From positions 1 to 19,848 of the forward strand of contig CAXHAT010000151.1 of assembly GCA_964014485.1 (NCBI GenBank): a DNA stretch of 19,848 bases, written 5' to 3'. Position numbers and translations under genes: made by a program. The notes beneath the pieces are model-generated. The model made no database searches. It was not told the DNA's origin and was given only the letters and a program-made list of their open reading frames with translations. Shown piece after piece: positions 18,256 to 19,848 of this stretch. The stretch is from an uncultured Deferribacteres bacterium. Lineage in GTDB: Bacteria; Zhuqueibacterota; Zhuqueibacteria; Zhuqueibacterales; Geothermadaptataceae. Every line of letters begins with the position of its first letter. Within the stretch, counting starts at the first letter, position 1.

Positions 18256-19527
18256 CTAATAACTCTCTTCTTTTACAAGCGGGCCGTTCTCCAAGCCGGG
18301 ACTGTCTACGGGGAATCGAGAATTAAAGGAATGATCAGTTTCGTCGAGATCGACGGCGTCTTTTTCACGAAGAACGCGGCTAACATTCCTGACGCCGCGC
18401 CGCATCTTCTTGACGTTCGCGTTCACATAGCGATCTTTCTGGCGGTTGTGCGTTGCGATCACTTTTTTCAGGTCGCCGTCCAGGCTTGTTTCTAATTCTA
18501 TTTCATTCAACGCCTTCATTTCATCCTTCGATGCGGCGCTTTCTCTGCGTTTAAGCGCGTAATCATAAGGGCCCGTTTTTGAAATCAGCTTTACGATAAC
18601 CGGCGACGTTTCAAGCAAAAGAAAAATGAGCATGACAGCCCAACCGATGTTTCGCGCGGCGGTATTGGCTTCGTCGCCCATAATCGCCGAAAGCGCCGTG
18701 TAGCGTTGTAAAAAGCCGTCCGCTTCGGCTCGTGCGTCAACGCCGGCGATTTCTTCGCTTGAAAGCACGGAATCTTTGTCAGTGCTTGTGATTTGTCTGA
18801 TTTTCGCAGCCAAGGATTGGATTTCGCCTTCGTAACTCGCTTTCATCTCTACAAGCTCGCCGTCCAGACGCTGGAAATTTTCAAACATCTTGCGATAAAT
18901 CGGTCCCTGCCCGGCGATGCGCCCTCCCAATTCACCCGCTTCCTCTCTCGTGACGTTCGTCCAGGCCGAATCAAGGTCAGCCTGTTTTTGATCGATCATA
19001 TTCTGCAGGAAGCTTCGTCTTGCCTGCAAGTTTGCCAGCGCAATCGAATCTTCAGCACTGTTTTTCAATTTTAAAGCGGAAACATAAGTCTGGTGTTCCT
19101 CGGCAATATGCGCGTTGATTTCTTTTTCAAAAAGGCGCAATTCCAGAGGCTTGGCGATCACGATTGCCAAGAAAACCGCCATGATGATTCTCGGCGCGGC
19201 CATCATAAATTCTCGAAAGAATCCGTCGCCTTTTCTCATGCTCGAAACAATGAAACGATCAAGATTAAAAATAATCAATCCCCAGAGAAGGCCGAACCCG
19301 GCGGCTAAATATGGGTTTTCAAAAACTGTGTAGAGTGCATATCCCCCGGAAAGCGAAGCCAGAATCGCCGTAAATATGACCGTGAGACCAATGCCGGCGT
19401 ATTTAATATGTTCGGTGTCGTATTTTTCAAGAAGGTCGATCTTGGCTCCTGACGAAAACCAAAAGAAGCGTCTAATTTTTTTGAAGAATCCTCCCCCCGA
19501 TTGCGTGGAATGATAATTTGAAGACAT
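18256..19527 (-). CDS. DUF4407-like membrane protein with coiled coil (423 aa)
   Basis: FFWF.SGA...LL.....E..KY.GIG..V..TA, WGLIIFNLDRFIVSS, PRI..A...A.VI.KPLEL.LFEKEI, then a coiled coil, GFL.R..AL and LIFLLLET.PV.VK. Start ATG 19527 with AAGGAG (19540-19535) 7 nt upstream. Confidence 0.8.
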   Translation of the reverse strand: MSSNYHSTQSGGGFFKKIRRFFWFSSGAKIDLLEKYDTEHIKYAGIGLTVIFTAILASLSGGYALYTVFENPYLAAGFGLLWGLIIFNLDRFIVSSMRKGDGFFREFMMAAPRIIMAVFLAIVIAKPLELRLFEKEINAHIAEEHQTYVSALKLKNSAEDSIALANLQARRSFLQNMIDQKQADLDSAWTNVTREEAGELGGRIAGQGPIYRKMFENFQRLDGELVEMKASYEGEIQSLAAKIRQITSTDKDSVLSSEEIAGVDARAEADGFLQRYTALSAIMGDEANTAARNIGWAVMLIFLLLETSPVIVKLISKTGPYDYALKRRESAASKDEMKALNEIELETSLDGDLKKVIATHNRQKDRYVNANVKKMRRGVRNVSRVLREKDAVDLDETDHSFNSRFPVDSPGLENGPLVKEESY

Positions 19528-19744
19528 TTGACTTCTCCTTAAGTTGATGTCTTGACTGCGCGTCTTGCCCTGACGGCGTTTTCCCCAGTTGCGTCCCATC
19601 CTGGCGCATGGTTATACTCTGGCTTCAGCGCCGCGCAAGTGCGGAAAATGTCGTAGAGGCAATGGAGTTGGGTCAGGTACGGGGGGAGTTTGAAAAAGAT
19701 GTCATGGTTTTGAATAAACCTGTCCCGGAGTGCATCTGGGATAT

Positions 19745-19848
19745 TGGAGTGCTGGAGTGCTGGAGTGCTGGAGTGCTGGAGTGCCGGAGTGCTGGAGTGC
19801 TGGAGTGCTGGAGTGCTGGAGTGCTGGAGTGCTGGAGTGCTGGAGTGC
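19745..19848 (+). repeat. Tandem octamer array (TGGAGTGC)x13, truncated by the window end
   Basis: 104 nt equals 13 units. The only variant is unit 6 (CGGAGTGC at 19785). One out-of-phase copy CGGAGTGC lies at 19726-19733. Confidence 0.98.

Noticed and set aside
111..19333. Numerous overlapping or antisense ORFs in the track (e.g. 553-939, 1613-2071, 5194-5646, 7795-8364, 8633-9073, 14003-14368)
   Set aside because: Shadow frames of well-supported genes, with no recognisable motifs.
19745..19848. Array as CRISPR, telomere or Chi cluster (GCTGGAGT vs GCTGGTGG)
   Set aside because: No spacers or cas genes. The context is a bacterial housekeeping region, so an assembly break is more likely than a telomere. 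The match to E. coli Chi is only 6/8, and Chi sites are lineage-specific.

Overview
Bacterial chromosomal window from a diderm organism, probably FCB-group but not Bacteroidia. This is an inference: a T9SS/FlgD-type C-terminal tail occurs together with clear Shine-Dalgarno use, which fits a KSB1/Calditrichota-like lineage. On the + strand are a secreted GHL10-family glycoside hydrolase with a golvesin/Xly-type CBM-like domain and sorting tail, then an sbcD-sbcC (Mre11-Rad50) operon with a near-consensus sigma70 promoter. Converging on it from the - strand is an envelope-biogenesis cluster: uppS, a TamB-like protein, bamA, skp, fabZ, a DUF6588-like beta-barrel protein and dxr. The cluster has no lpxD, lpxC, lpxA, cdsA or rseP. 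After it come a 69-aa orphan (+) and a DUF4407-like membrane protein (-) sharing a bidirectional terminator. The window ends inside a 13-copy TGGAGTGC tandem array. I see no CRISPR array, rRNA, tRNA or transposase, and no clearly new multi-gene system. The best leads are the terminal octamer array, a partly c-di-GMP-I (GEMM)-like leader before the DUF4407 gene, the lipid-A-gene-free tamB-bamA-skp-fabZ layout, and candidate operators at sbcD and uppS. All family calls come from motif recognition, not database searches.
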